A DNA stretch of 63,159 nucleotides, counting the filler, from Octopus bimaculoides (lineage: Eukaryota), in assembly GCF_001194135.2 (NCBI RefSeq). It is 5 parts of 5 records of this genome, joined end to end, with 100 filler letters (N's around TTAATTAATTAA, not from the genome) between each part and the next. Parts side by side here need not be neighbours in the genome. Positions count along the whole stretch, not along the records: positions 61,706 to 63,159 come from NC_068983.1; 4 more parts are not named here. One strand, 5' to 3'. The notes under the pieces were generated by a model, which was given only the letters and a program-made list of their open reading frames with translations, was not told the DNA's origin and did no database searches. Shown one piece after another: positions 63,151 through 63,159 of the stretch. A program made the translations under genes and the position numbers. Each line of letters begins with the position of its first letter. The first letter of the stretch is position 1.

Positions 63151-63159
63151 AATGCCTTA

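Overview
AT-rich, repeat-dense animal genomic DNA. The SINE and LINE families and the extreme microsatellite density point to an octopus (cephalopod) assembly; this is inferred from recalled repeat sequences, not from a search. The window has many N gaps, and four of them are artificial 100-bp joins (44 N + TTAATTAATTAA + 44 N). No intact host gene is recognisable: almost every listed ORF is a microsatellite or N artefact, and only scattered candidate small exons remain. What can be supported is decayed mobile DNA: four tRNA-derived SINE families, RTE and CR1 LINE fragments, Penelope-like element (PLE) RT and GIY-YIG fragments, Tc1, maT (DD37D-type), mariner and Tigger transposase relics, a Ginger/KRBA2-like integrase relic, several MITEs and two degenerate codon-length minisatellites. 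The most interesting signal is a set of hammerhead-ribozyme (HHR) motifs. One group is the known PLE type, CUGANGA-A-stem II-GAAAC-GUH, whose ACGU helix III implies dimer cleavage. A second group (12227-12290 minus, 40105-40174 plus, plus two truncated copies) keeps the core CUGAYGAG...GAAACCAWUGGAH. Its two full copies have unrelated helix I and II sequences that still pair, and a non-canonical A16.1 (GAC/GAA cleavage triplet).
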